Shown piece by piece: positions 12,101-18,992 of a stretch of DNA of 64,000 bases. The stretch comes from Patescibacteria group bacterium (GTDB lineage: Bacteria > Patescibacteriota > UBA1384 > CAJBMM01). Both the position numbers and the translations under genes were made by a program. The stretch spans positions 366,481 through 430,480 of the forward strand of contig JBAZWC010000001.1 of NCBI GenBank assembly GCA_041660565.1, read 5' to 3'. The stretch's first letter is position 1; every line of letters begins with the position of its first letter. The notes under the pieces were generated by a model. The model saw only the letters and a list, made by a program, of their open reading frames with translations, searched no databases and had not been told where the DNA came from.

Positions 12101-12604
12101 CAGCAATGTGTACAAAATACCGTTTTTGGCTGCAATAGTTTTAGTTTCAGTCCATAGAGCAGTATCGGAATTGGATGGATACGGATCAGCTGTGGTGCGA
12201 TCGGTGGCGTAAATGCTGTAACGCACGGTGTAATTGCCATCGTCAATAGGAGTTCGGGTGCTAGGTTGAATAACGCGTAAAGTAAGAGGGATCTGACGTG
12301 CCGTAGCCGCTTGCACTTTTGTTGTAACAGGTAAATATGCCATGTTGGACAAAAGCATCGTCAGAATAATGGCGGCTATCCCAACAACCCCTCCGGGCGT
12401 ATGCCCTACGGGCTGGAGCCTAATCACCCTTACAGCCCTTACGACCCCCCTTGTATTTCCACCTAAGGATGAGCAAAGGATCGCAAGGGATTGGCAAAGG
12501 GAGACAAAAGAGAAACCAACGCTTACGCGACCTTCTCGATTATGAGCAGGCTCTACACGTTTTGACCAGCGTGCAGATAGGTTTATTAACTTAGGAAATC
12601 TCAA
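6161..12604 (-). CDS. Giant tail-fibre-like surface protein with peptidase S74 intramolecular chaperone domain
   Basis: 2147 aa; TTG start with SD GAGGGGAG; internal repeats (GGNAAANGGTY..GAGSAAD x2); SSSLKYKTDI...LRPVNFTW...DFGLIAEE...VKYNQL is S74-like (~7215-7470). Confidence 0.8.
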   Translation of the reverse strand: MRFPKLINLSARWSKRVEPAHNREGRVSVGFSFVSLCQSLAILCSSLGGNTRGVVRAVRVIRLQPVGHTPGGVVGIAAIILTMLLSNMAYLPVTTKVQAATARQIPLTLRVIQPSTRTPIDDGNYTVRYSIYATDRTTADPYPSNSDTALWTETKTIAAKNGILYTLLGSSTAFSSSLDFSSNNLFIGIRIGTDPELVPRRQLGTVASAINSDKLQNMEPGTGASSVIYSNTSGSVSISSAPVASNAASLLQLGSPITGGNASGTYLGVNSTAGYVGDMINLQVGGTSIFKVDSSGNLTISGTVMSGGSSSGEFTSPISVTSTTTPQLTVGYDASNYFTASVAANGATTFNGAGAGAAFTFAKPVTVGSLTSTGGISGASVTATGTVQGGTLTDGTATITGGAITATSLNLNQVSGNSMVVSTLPAASATSSVIQIGNALVGGNAAANGGTYISVNAPASGAGSAADFINLQGNGVSKFKVDKDGNVNIAGAFIGSSSGGDFSVPVTITSTTAPQLTVKYDNSNYYTTTVAANGLTTFTATGAGAGFAFGSPITSGSWQGSAIDVQHGGTGLTTITSKGVMYGNGTGNVSVTAAGVSGQCLVADGSGTPVFGSCAGVGSGATLQAAYENGNTITTSDARDLTVVLSNTATDANFSVNIATGSTGKFQVQGNGSNVATIDSAGNIVSLGSVTGATLSVGGSTALTLSGSNIATNSSIVPTGAGINLGSSSAHFDTGYFDNLNIGSTNVNGTSSLSFTIDTNQATDNVDSQQIQFYLGPVKSTYAALQWTGASDRFDLYSRLGASTYATLKVGSLITSDASATALIVAPSTTSTYYSLQVDSSAASAATGIKITAKAAGSGADISTISSAANENLTINAKGTGTITLGDVSTGNIILGTDGGNIGVGAAPGAYKFDVNGTSNFTGLLTVTSGGIGITAGGLAVTAGGVTVTAGGLNLNSTGIINTGSIAGGTTGSFSGAVSAASFSATGGVSGASVTATGTIQGGTLTDGTATITGGVLTASTGTFNQVSGTSLVVSTVPAASSTASVIQVGSAIVGGNAAANGGTYFGMNAPGSGAGSAADLANWQVGGVSIFKLDSAGNLTIAGTLVASSTGSVGYWSRSGTTISTATAGDVLSIGTIVTPAATNLALQPTTGIVAINTSGVQNYLRVYDSAGTKYAELTHDGTNAVISSSSGELQLTGSGTSQFILGSTGTAVNLLFQESSTLGGADGGGKTITVGNGADVFNLNVATVTYNVATLTAATGLVVNNSGNTSTALLVNAATGQSANLLDLQVNSVSKFSISAAGASTSTGSTIVGNQSITGNLAVASSNTTQTGTSAGMSVQGNSLTTGNLVDVSSSSLTSGNLANLAVTSTAGTASGSGKALNIAVSGANANTAFTAYGLYSSVTNTNATSGTNVAAYLTASGATTANYALQIAAGQLISQSNGAASTPAALLTGTWFSGGDATTTKPQLLVEPAGTTSTGWSTAGTGIGVNAATGFTGNLIDAQLNGVSKFAVSSAGVITAAGTINGATISGGTLSGGTYSGTASTGAAAYSLIAQGGDVNLQASTGIANINMASAQNYLRVYASDNTDYVQLTHDGTDGIISSSSGNLILQGTGTNQLLLGASGNASNLVFAENSSITSTGGKTITVGTGTDIVNLNTAGVTYNVTELTAAAGLTVTGNATITGTLDATLAAAGAGTALVLNGTSIIPQSSSLKYKTDITTKVIDSSAILSLRPVNFTWNQNSSTPGLQDFGLIAEETDQHVPDLVIRNAAGEITGVKYNQLAVLYLPILQSHDAFITDATPKINSLLTTTASLQSQINNMATVITTTTLNATTITAGTVNAGSVVIRSANAADTALAISAAQDQTGDLLSIKNSSSVSVFTVDVTGKIASGNSLPGVPIVGVDPNSGTVAGDLTSATSALKPSIDAGLNIKIAAGSVYTSDSISSPTKISRCVVNSDSSLALDASSIEYVYLTASGTASTTGQACEVHKSVDLPAYNANYPTVVIAKATTGINTVSNIVDTRFFIGGTFVYTNTAAATEPASAVINDTSADNQVKQTGVASMTGAAGVIVVGNSASGQAIMMTNGQAYVKAIFGAVRNTCAVTSTTAGAVDSTEIGAVNSCFGAVKTNASNILPSVLINISLN
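12371..12517. repeat. Composite of a family C 9-mer arm, 30-nt mini-element D and a family A 10-mer arm inside the 5' end of the fibre gene
   Basis: ccaacaacc [cctccgggcgtatgccctacgggctggagc] ctaatcacc cttacagcc cttacgacc; then taaggatgag caaaggatcg caagggattg gcaaagggag acaaaagaga. Confidence 0.8.
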
Positions 12605-12776
12605 ATGGTTCTCCCCTCTTATGAGACTTACTAGTTAATTATATATAATCCAGCTAGATAATGTAAGAGCATTTTTGCGCTTAAATTGAGCACAAATATC
12701 GCGCAATAATTTGCGCAAAAGGAATGGATCGGTTTATTTGAACAAAATATAACGTTTTTGAGCCTGTCAATACCAG

Positions 12777-12785
12777 TTATCCACA
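12777..12785 (+). promoter_or_regulatory. Single consensus DnaA box
   Basis: TTATCCACA in a divergent promoter region. Confidence 0.4.
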
Positions 12786-12861
12786 GGTAGTCGGCAGCAC
12801 ACGGCTTAATTTGAAATTGTTTCTTGTTCTGCTATGATAAAATCACTGAACGAGAAAACAT

Positions 12862-13122
12862 ATGTTAGACATTGTCAACCCATCACAAATAAATCAACTT
12901 AATTCTCGAGTTAATCAGGTATCCTTGTCTGCATCGATATCGCTGATTATAACCTCTGCCATCCTTACGCTGGTTTTTGTCGGAGGTACTGCATTTTACG
13001 TTTACGGCAATAAATATCCCGGTAACGCTTCTGAGATAATCAATTCCAGAAACAAAAATAACACCGACGCTGGTGCTAATTTAACAAATTCAAACTACCT
13101 GGTCCCGCCAGGACCACAATAG
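12862..13122 (+). CDS. Small single-pass membrane protein
   Basis: 86 aa with one hydrophobic helix; TGcTATGAT extended -10 upstream. Confidence 0.6.
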   Translation: MLDIVNPSQINQLNSRVNQVSLSASISLIITSAILTLVFVGGTAFYVYGNKYPGNASEIINSRNKNNTDAGANLTNSNYLVPPGPQ

Positions 13123-13123
13123 T

Positions 13124-13237
13124 AAGCACTAAATTCGAAGCACCAAGCACTAAATAAATCGTAAATACAAAATTCAAAGCTTAAAATTTGGAATTTTGGA
13201 TTTGTTTCGAGTTTAGAATTTCGAGCTTAGTGCTTTT
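13124..13237. repeat. Gene-less family B element with both heptamer arms, abutting the tRNA-Val 3' end
   Basis: aagcact aaattcg aagcacc aagcact aaataaa ... tttgttt cgagttt agaattt cgagctt agtgctt. Confidence 0.85.
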
Positions 13238-13242
13238 CGTCT

Positions 13243-13319
13243 TGGTGGAACCGAGTGGACTCGAACCACTGACCCCCACAATGTCAATGTGATGCTCTAA
13301 CCAACTGAGCTACGGCTCC
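13243..13319 (-). tRNA. tRNA-Val(GAC)
   Basis: GGAGCCG acceptor, TAGCTCAGTTGGTTAGAGC D-arm, anticodon loop TTGACAT, GGTTCGAGTCC T-arm, encoded CCA. Confidence 0.97.
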
Positions 13320-13373
13320 ATTATTACGATTATAACATAAAAACGCATAAGTTGAAACATGTGGCTCCAGAGC

Positions 13374-13410
13374 CACCCCTACACCCCTAACCACCCAAAC
13401 TTACCCTAAC
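13374..13410. repeat. Single family C 9-mer arm
   Basis: cccctacac ccctaacca cccaaactt accctaac. Confidence 0.65.
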
Positions 13411-13891
13411 GTACTACCACTTTTCCCGTCTGAGCGGGATTGTAGCGATTATAGTACCCAAAAGTGCCAGTCTTACTAAAACTAACATCTGCACTGCTTC
13501 CCACAGTAATAATGCCAATATTCAATGGCAGATAATCTGTGTTAGTAGGATTAGGATTACTAGATAAGTTTAGTTCGTTACTACTACTATTCACAAAATG
13601 AACAGTCTGGTTTTTACTTACGCTGATTGTCGCCGGCGAGAATCCGTCTTTACTAAAAGTAACTTGGTTTTCATAAACTATCGTACTTGCGGAGGGCGAT
13701 GGGCTCGAAGCCGAACTAGGACTATTTGTACTAATTGAGCTCGGATTTGGCGAGCTAGTAACCCGATCAAACGTATTAGGAGTCGGTGAAGGCATTGGTA
13801 CCGGGTTTTTATTTAAATTACTGTAAGCTAACCACAATCCCGCAATGATTATGACTAAGTAAATTAGTAAATTTAGATTCTTATTTTTCAT
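13406..13891 (-). CDS. Membrane-anchored cupredoxin-fold protein
   Basis: N-terminal TM, S/P linker, GFSPATISV..QTVHFVN and FSKTGTFGY motifs. Confidence 0.75.
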   Translation of the reverse strand: MKNKNLNLLIYLVIIIAGLWLAYSNLNKNPVPMPSPTPNTFDRVTSSPNPSSISTNSPSSASSPSPSASTIVYENQVTFSKDGFSPATISVSKNQTVHFVNSSSNELNLSSNPNPTNTDYLPLNIGIITVGSSADVSFSKTGTFGYYNRYNPAQTGKVVVR

Positions 13892-13895
13892 AATT

Positions 13896-13985
13896 TAGGA
13901 CTGTTAGGGTTGTTAGGGAAGTTAGGGCAGTTGGGAAAACCATTAACACCCCCAACCACCCCTAACACCCCTAATTCCCCTTATA
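13896..13985. repeat. Family C 9-mer hairpin; left flank of four-helix-bundle gene 3
   Basis: taggactgt tagggttgt tagggaagt tagggcagt tggg / cattaacac ccccaaccac ccctaacac ccctaattc cccttatac. Confidence 0.9.
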
Positions 13986-14507
13986 CTTTTGGTTTTTCCT
14001 TTCATTAAACAGTTTTTCACTGTAGCCACCTTCGTTTTTGAATTTTTCTTCCAGACTTGTAATTTGTTTACCCAACAGAAATGTAGTCTGGTTTATAAAT
14101 GTTATCAGCATATTTGCGGCAATTTTAGGGTCACTGGGAAGATCGGGAGTATTAAGGTGACCTAGGTCTACCCAAACTGCCCTAAACTCCCTAAATCCCC
14201 TTACAATTTCATGGTCTTTCCCCAACAGTTCTAGGTTCCTTTGGCGTAAAAAATCTTGATAATCTAACAACAGTTCTTCCTGTGACGCTTTGGCAACCCC
14301 AGTTAGTTTGATATACATTTTCAGTGATTTTTCCACAGAGCCCTCGGCAATGTTTTGTCTGCCACTTCGAGCAGCTTGAATCATTTGCTCTACTAATCTA
14401 CCATATTCTTTACCAGCCAAAAATTTCTGGCAAAAAATTACCGTTAAATCGTATACAATTGTTGCCATTTTAAATGAAGCTAAATTTTTGTAGCCTGATT
14501 GGGGCAT
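13971..14507 (-). CDS. Four helix bundle suffix-domain protein (TIGR04258-like)
   Basis: GYKNLASF...EQMIQAARSGRQNIAEGS...KLTGVAKASQEELLLDYQDFLRQR...FKNEGGYSEKL. Confidence 0.92.
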   Translation of the reverse strand: MPQSGYKNLASFKMATIVYDLTVIFCQKFLAGKEYGRLVEQMIQAARSGRQNIAEGSVEKSLKMYIKLTGVAKASQEELLLDYQDFLRQRNLELLGKDHEIVRGFREFRAVWVDLGHLNTPDLPSDPKIAANMLITFINQTTFLLGKQITSLEEKFKNEGGYSEKLFNERKNQKYKGN

Positions 14508-14515
14508 TTGGTCCT

Positions 14516-14592
14516 TTTAGGGTAGTTTGGGACGTTAGGGTTGTTGGGAGAATAACCACCCCTAACACCCCTTACCGCTCTAACAACCCTTA
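14516..14592. repeat. Family C 9-mer hairpin; right flank of four-helix-bundle gene 3
   Basis: tagggtagt ttgggacgt tagggttgt tgggagaat / aataaccac ccctaacac cccttaccg ctctaacaa ccctta. Confidence 0.9.
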
Positions 14593-17220
14593 CGTAACTT
14601 TAAACCTAATTTGCTCTTTCACCAAATCAACCTTAATTGTTCCACCAGTATTTATTTCTCCGCGGACAATCATCTGTGAGATTGGATTAAGTAGCTGGTT
14701 CTCAATTACCCTTTTTAGCGGCCGAGCACCGTAACGACTATCATAACCGATTTTGGCTAAGTGATCTTTGACCTGTTTGGACACCACTAAATTAATATGC
14801 TGTTTATTAAGACGTATTAGTACTAAATTGAGCTGAATATCGACAATTTTGACCAGTTGCTCGGGTTTTAACGGATTAAAGATTATTACGTCATCTAATC
14901 GGTTCAAAAATTCAGGCTTAAAATGTTCTTTAAGTACCTCATCAATTTTTTCTTCCAGCTTCACCTCTTCTTCGGCCTCTGCGCTATCACCAGACACAAA
15001 CCCGAGTCGCTTAATGCCACTTTCAGAAGCGTATTGTTGCATAATGTCCGATCCCAAGTTACTGGTTAAGATAATTACGCAATTCTTAAAATCTACATTA
15101 CGACCCTTGGCGTCAGTCAATCTGCCGTCATCCAAAATCTGCAACAAGATACTGAATACATCGGGATGCGCTTTTTCGATTTCATCAAGCAGCACCACAC
15201 TATACGGCCGGCGACGGATCATCTCGGTTAACTGCCCACCTTCTTCGTACCCCACATACCCTGGTGGCGAACCAACCATACGTGAAACAGCGTGTTTCTC
15301 CATATATTCGGACATATCAAGGCGCACCAATGCCGATTCGTCATTAAACAGTGCTTCGGCCAGTGCCTTAACCAGCTCGGTTTTCCCCACGCCGGTTGGC
15401 CCCAAAAAGATGAATGATGCAATCGGGCGCTTCTCTTCACTTAACCCAGCTCGCGAGCGTCTGATAGCATTTGCCACTGTTGTGATGGCCTCTTCTTGAC
15501 CTACCACCCTGTGCGCTAAAATTGACTCCAAATCGTTAAGTTTAGCAAGCTCTCCGGACAACATTTTGGTCACCGGCACGCCGGTCCACCGCGCCACTAC
15601 CGCTGCAATATCGTCCTCGGTTACCTTTTCTTTGAGCATTTTGGCACTTTTTGGTAGCTGTTCTAGCCGAACGTTCTCTTTTTGAATTTCTTTTTCCAAT
15701 TTGGGAATTTCGCCATAACGCAGACGCGCCACTTCCTCCAAATTGGCTTCGCGCTCGGCAGTGTCGGCGTTCGATTTTAGCACTTCAAGCATTTTGGATT
15801 TTTGTCGCACACTGGTGATAATAGACTTTTCTAACTGCCACTCGGCTTCCAAGGTTGATGACTTTTCTTTTAGCTCCGACAGCTCTTTTTGCAACTTTTC
15901 TAAACGATCTTTATTTGAAGCGTCATCATCATTTCGAATCGCTTCACGCTCAATTTCCAGTTGCATCACTTTGCGTTTAAGATGATCTAGCTCGGCCGGC
16001 ATCGAATCTACCTCCATGCGCAATGCCGATGTGGCCTCGTCAATCAAATCGATCGCTTTGTCTGGCAAAAATCGATCGGTAATGTAGCGGGCAGACAGTT
16101 CGACTGCTGCCACCAAGGCTGCGTCAGTAATATGCGTGCCATGATGCACTTCGTACTTTTCTTTCACACCTCGCATAATAGCGATGGCGTCTTCGATACT
16201 TGGCTCAGACACGTAAACCGGTTGAAATCGTCTGGCCAATGCTTGATCTTTTTCGATGTATTGTTGATATTCTTTCAGCGTGGTTGCCCCGATGGCGTGC
16301 AAAGTGCCTCGTGCTAGCGCCGGTTTAAGCAAATTGCTAGCGTCCATTGATCCTTCGGCCGCGCCGGCGCCAACCAAAGTGTGCAGCTCATCGATAAATA
16401 GAATAAATTTACCCTGCACCTCATCAATCGCTTTTAACACCGCTTTCAAACGTTCTTCAAAATCACCTCGGTGCTTAGCCCCGGCTAACATTGAGCCTAA
16501 ATCAAGCGACATTACTTGCCTGTCTTTAAGCGTTTCGGGCACATCACCGGAGACAATGCGGGTTGCCAACCCTTCCGCAATCGCTGTTTTACCCACACCC
16601 GGCTCACCAATTAAAACCGGATTATTTTTGGTCCGACGCGTGAGCACCTGCATCACCCGACGCACCTCTTCATCCCGGCCAATAACCGGATCAAGTTTGT
16701 TGTTTCGCGCCATATCACATAGGTTGATGGCGTATTTCTCTAAGGCTTGATATTTTTGCTCCGGGTCGGTTGATGTAACTCGCTCGGTGCCCCGAATAGT
16801 CGAGAGCGTTTGCAACATTAATTCGCGATTAATACCAAGTTTAGATAGAATTTGTTTTGCTTCAGACGATACCTCTAACATTGCCAATAGCAGGTGTTCA
16901 ATTGAAACATATTCATCGGTTAAGGTACGTGCCTCTTTTTCGGCTTGATTAAGCACGCGCACCAACGTTGGCGAGATCATAATTGAATTGGCCGCGCTTA
17001 GTTTAGGTAAATGCTCAAGCTGAGTTAATAAATCATCCCGAATCACGTCAAAATCTTTATTTACCGATTGAATTAGAGGGCGCATTAGATCTTCGCCAAC
17101 TTCTAAACTGGCGTAAAACAAATGCAGTGGTTCAATTTGGCTATGATGCAATTCACGCGCCAACTCTTCGGCGCGGGTTAAAACCGCCGCAGTTTTACTG
17201 GTAAATTTATTCGGATCCAT
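14590..17220 (-). CDS. clpB: ATP-dependent chaperone ClpB
   Basis: Two AAA+ modules ([16 protein letters not shown]), long coiled-coil M-domain, 876 aa. Confidence 0.97.
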   Translation of the reverse strand: MDPNKFTSKTAAVLTRAEELARELHHSQIEPLHLFYASLEVGEDLMRPLIQSVNKDFDVIRDDLLTQLEHLPKLSAANSIMISPTLVRVLNQAEKEARTLTDEYVSIEHLLLAMLEVSSEAKQILSKLGINRELMLQTLSTIRGTERVTSTDPEQKYQALEKYAINLCDMARNNKLDPVIGRDEEVRRVMQVLTRRTKNNPVLIGEPGVGKTAIAEGLATRIVSGDVPETLKDRQVMSLDLGSMLAGAKHRGDFEERLKAVLKAIDEVQGKFILFIDELHTLVGAGAAEGSMDASNLLKPALARGTLHAIGATTLKEYQQYIEKDQALARRFQPVYVSEPSIEDAIAIMRGVKEKYEVHHGTHITDAALVAAVELSARYITDRFLPDKAIDLIDEATSALRMEVDSMPAELDHLKRKVMQLEIEREAIRNDDDASNKDRLEKLQKELSELKEKSSTLEAEWQLEKSIITSVRQKSKMLEVLKSNADTAEREANLEEVARLRYGEIPKLEKEIQKENVRLEQLPKSAKMLKEKVTEDDIAAVVARWTGVPVTKMLSGELAKLNDLESILAHRVVGQEEAITTVANAIRRSRAGLSEEKRPIASFIFLGPTGVGKTELVKALAEALFNDESALVRLDMSEYMEKHAVSRMVGSPPGYVGYEEGGQLTEMIRRRPYSVVLLDEIEKAHPDVFSILLQILDDGRLTDAKGRNVDFKNCVIILTSNLGSDIMQQYASESGIKRLGFVSGDSAEAEEEVKLEEKIDEVLKEHFKPEFLNRLDDVIIFNPLKPEQLVKIVDIQLNLVLIRLNKQHINLVVSKQVKDHLAKIGYDSRYGARPLKRVIENQLLNPISQMIVRGEINTGGTIKVDLVKEQIRFKVT

Positions 17221-17286
17221 ATTTTCCTCCCCATCCTATCGTAGCATAATCACAATGGCGTCCGTAAAGTAGGCGATCGACAAAAC

Positions 17287-17652
17287 TTACTTACGTATTC
17301 TTACTTCAAGCAAATTATGGTCTAAATTGATATTAATATCATCTACGGTGATGCCTGGAACCTCTGCCTCAATAATTACTTCTCTTTTAGTTTGATAAAC
17401 ATCAACAGCAATGTTTTTAGGCAGCTCGGGGATATCTTCTTCAATGATAAAGAGCTGTTCAATTGGCGCCTCAAAGAATCTTGAGATGGCGATGGCCACC
17501 GGTACCGATGGTACACATCGCCCGGATTCAAGCGAGATAATCGATTGTCGAGATATCCCAACCGCCTCAGCCAACGCCTCTTGCGTTAGCTCATGCAATT
17601 TGCGCATATCTCTAATGCGATTTTTAATTATCGTAATTTCTTCTTGGCTCAT
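17287..17652 (-). CDS. XRE-family HTH regulator with C-terminal Hsp20-like fragment
   Basis: LTQEALAEAVGISRQSIISLESGRCVPS HTH; VDVYQTKREVIIEAEVPGITVDDININLDHNLLEV resembles the first half of an alpha-crystallin domain. Confidence 0.8.
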   Translation of the reverse strand: MSQEEITIIKNRIRDMRKLHELTQEALAEAVGISRQSIISLESGRCVPSVPVAIAISRFFEAPIEQLFIIEEDIPELPKNIAVDVYQTKREVIIEAEVPGITVDDININLDHNLLEVRIRK

Positions 17653-17670
17653 TTTATTTCTTTTAGTAAC

Positions 17671-17700
17671 ATTGTAAAGTATGCTTTACATTTTTGTCAA
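17671..17700 (-). promoter_or_regulatory. Sigma70 promoter overlapped by a palindromic operator
   Basis: TTGACA-18-TACAAT on the minus strand; TGTAAAG-tatg-CTTTACA at 17673-17690. Confidence 0.7.
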
Positions 17701-17806
17701 TACGTTTTGCTTTATGTTTCTTGTTCGAGCGAATGCGAGAACTACCCAATTTTCCCTATACATCACGGAGTTCTCGTTGCACTCGAACAAAAACGAGATT
17801 CTAATT

Positions 17807-18553
17807 CTATTCCCTATCTTCCATTTTCCATTCTCTGCCAATAGGACAAATATCCACAAACTCGCACCACTTGCACGTCATCCCCGGGCTGGCCGATAGT
17901 TGTTTGTCAGCTTGAATACGAGAAACAGTATTTACGATTTCTGATTCCATCGCCGTAATATCAGCCTGATCCGGCGAGAAAGCAAAGCGATCATTTTGTT
18001 CTAAATACCAGTAGCTTACTTCTGCCGGAATTTGATCCATCGCCCGCGATACCAAAACCGCGTAAGTTAGAAGCTGCGATTTATCCACATATTCCGGATT
18101 GTAGCGACTGGTTTTATAGTCAATCAGATGCAGCCCTTTATTCTCGTCCAGATCAATTCGATCGATTCGGCCGCTCAATAAAATGTCATCGGTAATTTCG
18201 GATTGAATGTGATGCTCAAAAAAAGTTGGGGTGTTTTTGGATTGATCTTTTATCGCCACCTTAACCATTTCAATCGCACGCTGACCAAAGTTGGCTTCTT
18301 CATCACGAGATTTAAATCCGTTACGATTATTACGCCAATCTTGACGCAAAATGTCAACAGATTTTTTTATCGATATTTTTTGATAATTCGGATCAGAAAA
18401 GATAGTTTTCAATGCCCCATGCACATGCTGACCCATCGTAAATTCGGGTTTGGCTTTGGCAAATTTGTCACGCAGATTTTCCACATAGATAAACTTATAC
18501 CGCCGAGGGCACATGATGTAGTTTTTTAATTTATCATAGCTAGCTCGAAACAT
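17807..18553 (-). CDS. PD-(D/E)XK RecB-family nuclease with four-cysteine Fe-S motif
   Basis: CPRRY...GRIDRID...IDYKTS...QL..Y...CKWCEFVDICP. Confidence 0.88.
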   Translation of the reverse strand: MFRASYDKLKNYIMCPRRYKFIYVENLRDKFAKAKPEFTMGQHVHGALKTIFSDPNYQKISIKKSVDILRQDWRNNRNGFKSRDEEANFGQRAIEMVKVAIKDQSKNTPTFFEHHIQSEITDDILLSGRIDRIDLDENKGLHLIDYKTSRYNPEYVDKSQLLTYAVLVSRAMDQIPAEVSYWYLEQNDRFAFSPDQADITAMESEIVNTVSRIQADKQLSASPGMTCKWCEFVDICPIGREWKMEDRE

Positions 18554-18564
18554 AGCACGCGCGC

Positions 18565-18762
18565 TTATTCTTCCCGATCTGAAATGTTTACATCCAGCAC
18601 CTTAAGCTCGTTTTCTACCTTCGATAGCTGTTTACGCAAACTTTTAAGCAACTCCATACCGGTCTTAAATTGACCGATCGATTTTTCCAAATCCATATTC
18701 CCCTGATCCAATTTATCTACAATTTCTTGCAGTTGTGCATATTCTTCCTCAAAACTTTTCAT
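18565..18762 (-). CDS. xseB: Exodeoxyribonuclease VII small subunit
   Basis: SFEEEYAQLQEIVDKLDQGNMDLEKSI; downstream of xseA; start chosen by SD. Confidence 0.92.
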   Translation of the reverse strand: MKSFEEEYAQLQEIVDKLDQGNMDLEKSIGQFKTGMELLKSLRKQLSKVENELKVLDVNISDREE

Positions 18763-18795
18763 AATATCCCTTTCTTTACTCATGTGATTACTTTT

Positions 18796-18982
18796 TGTCA
18801 TTTCGACCCTGCGAGAATGTCGATTCGAGCTTGTTGGCCTCCGCTCGTAAAGCTACGGCTTGGAGAGAGAAATCTGAGAAAGAATCCCTTCAAGTCTTTT
18901 CAGGAGATTTCTCCCTCCGGGCTTACGCCCTAAGAGGGCAGGAAGCCACCCTCGACTTGAATGTCGAGGAGTCGAAATGACA
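18796..18982. repeat. Palindromic TGTCATTTCGA...TCGAAATGACA element with nested hairpin inserts
   Basis: Terminal inverted repeats tgtcatttcgac/gtcgaaatgaca; internal gagaaatct/agatttctc; half copies at 59208-59277 and 63022-63132. Confidence 0.85.
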
Positions 18983-18992
18983 ATTAATGGCA

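Noticed and set aside
6161-12604. Prophage tail gene
   Set aside because: It has a signal peptide, lies in a surface-protein operon, and no capsid, terminase or integrase genes are present.
12660-12860. Replication origin
   Set aside because: Only one perfect DnaA box, with no cluster and no dnaA/dnaN nearby.
137-14507. Diversity-generating retroelement, suggested by Avd-like four-helix-bundle genes
   Set aside because: No reverse transcriptase and no template/variable repeat pair differing only at adenines. The 28-31 kb paralogs differ at all base types.
137-14507. 23S rRNA intervening sequences
   Set aside because: No rRNA sequence surrounds these genes; they sit between protein-coding genes.
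819-16750. Numerous 60-216-aa antisense or alternate-frame ORFs inside the large genes and clpB
   Set aside because: They are shadow ORFs of long, codon-biased genes with no motifs or initiation signals.
17807-18553. cas4 / CRISPR adaptation gene
   Set aside because: The four-Cys RecB-like nuclease has no cas1/cas2 or array nearby. Its position after xseAB fits a stand-alone PD-(D/E)XK repair nuclease.
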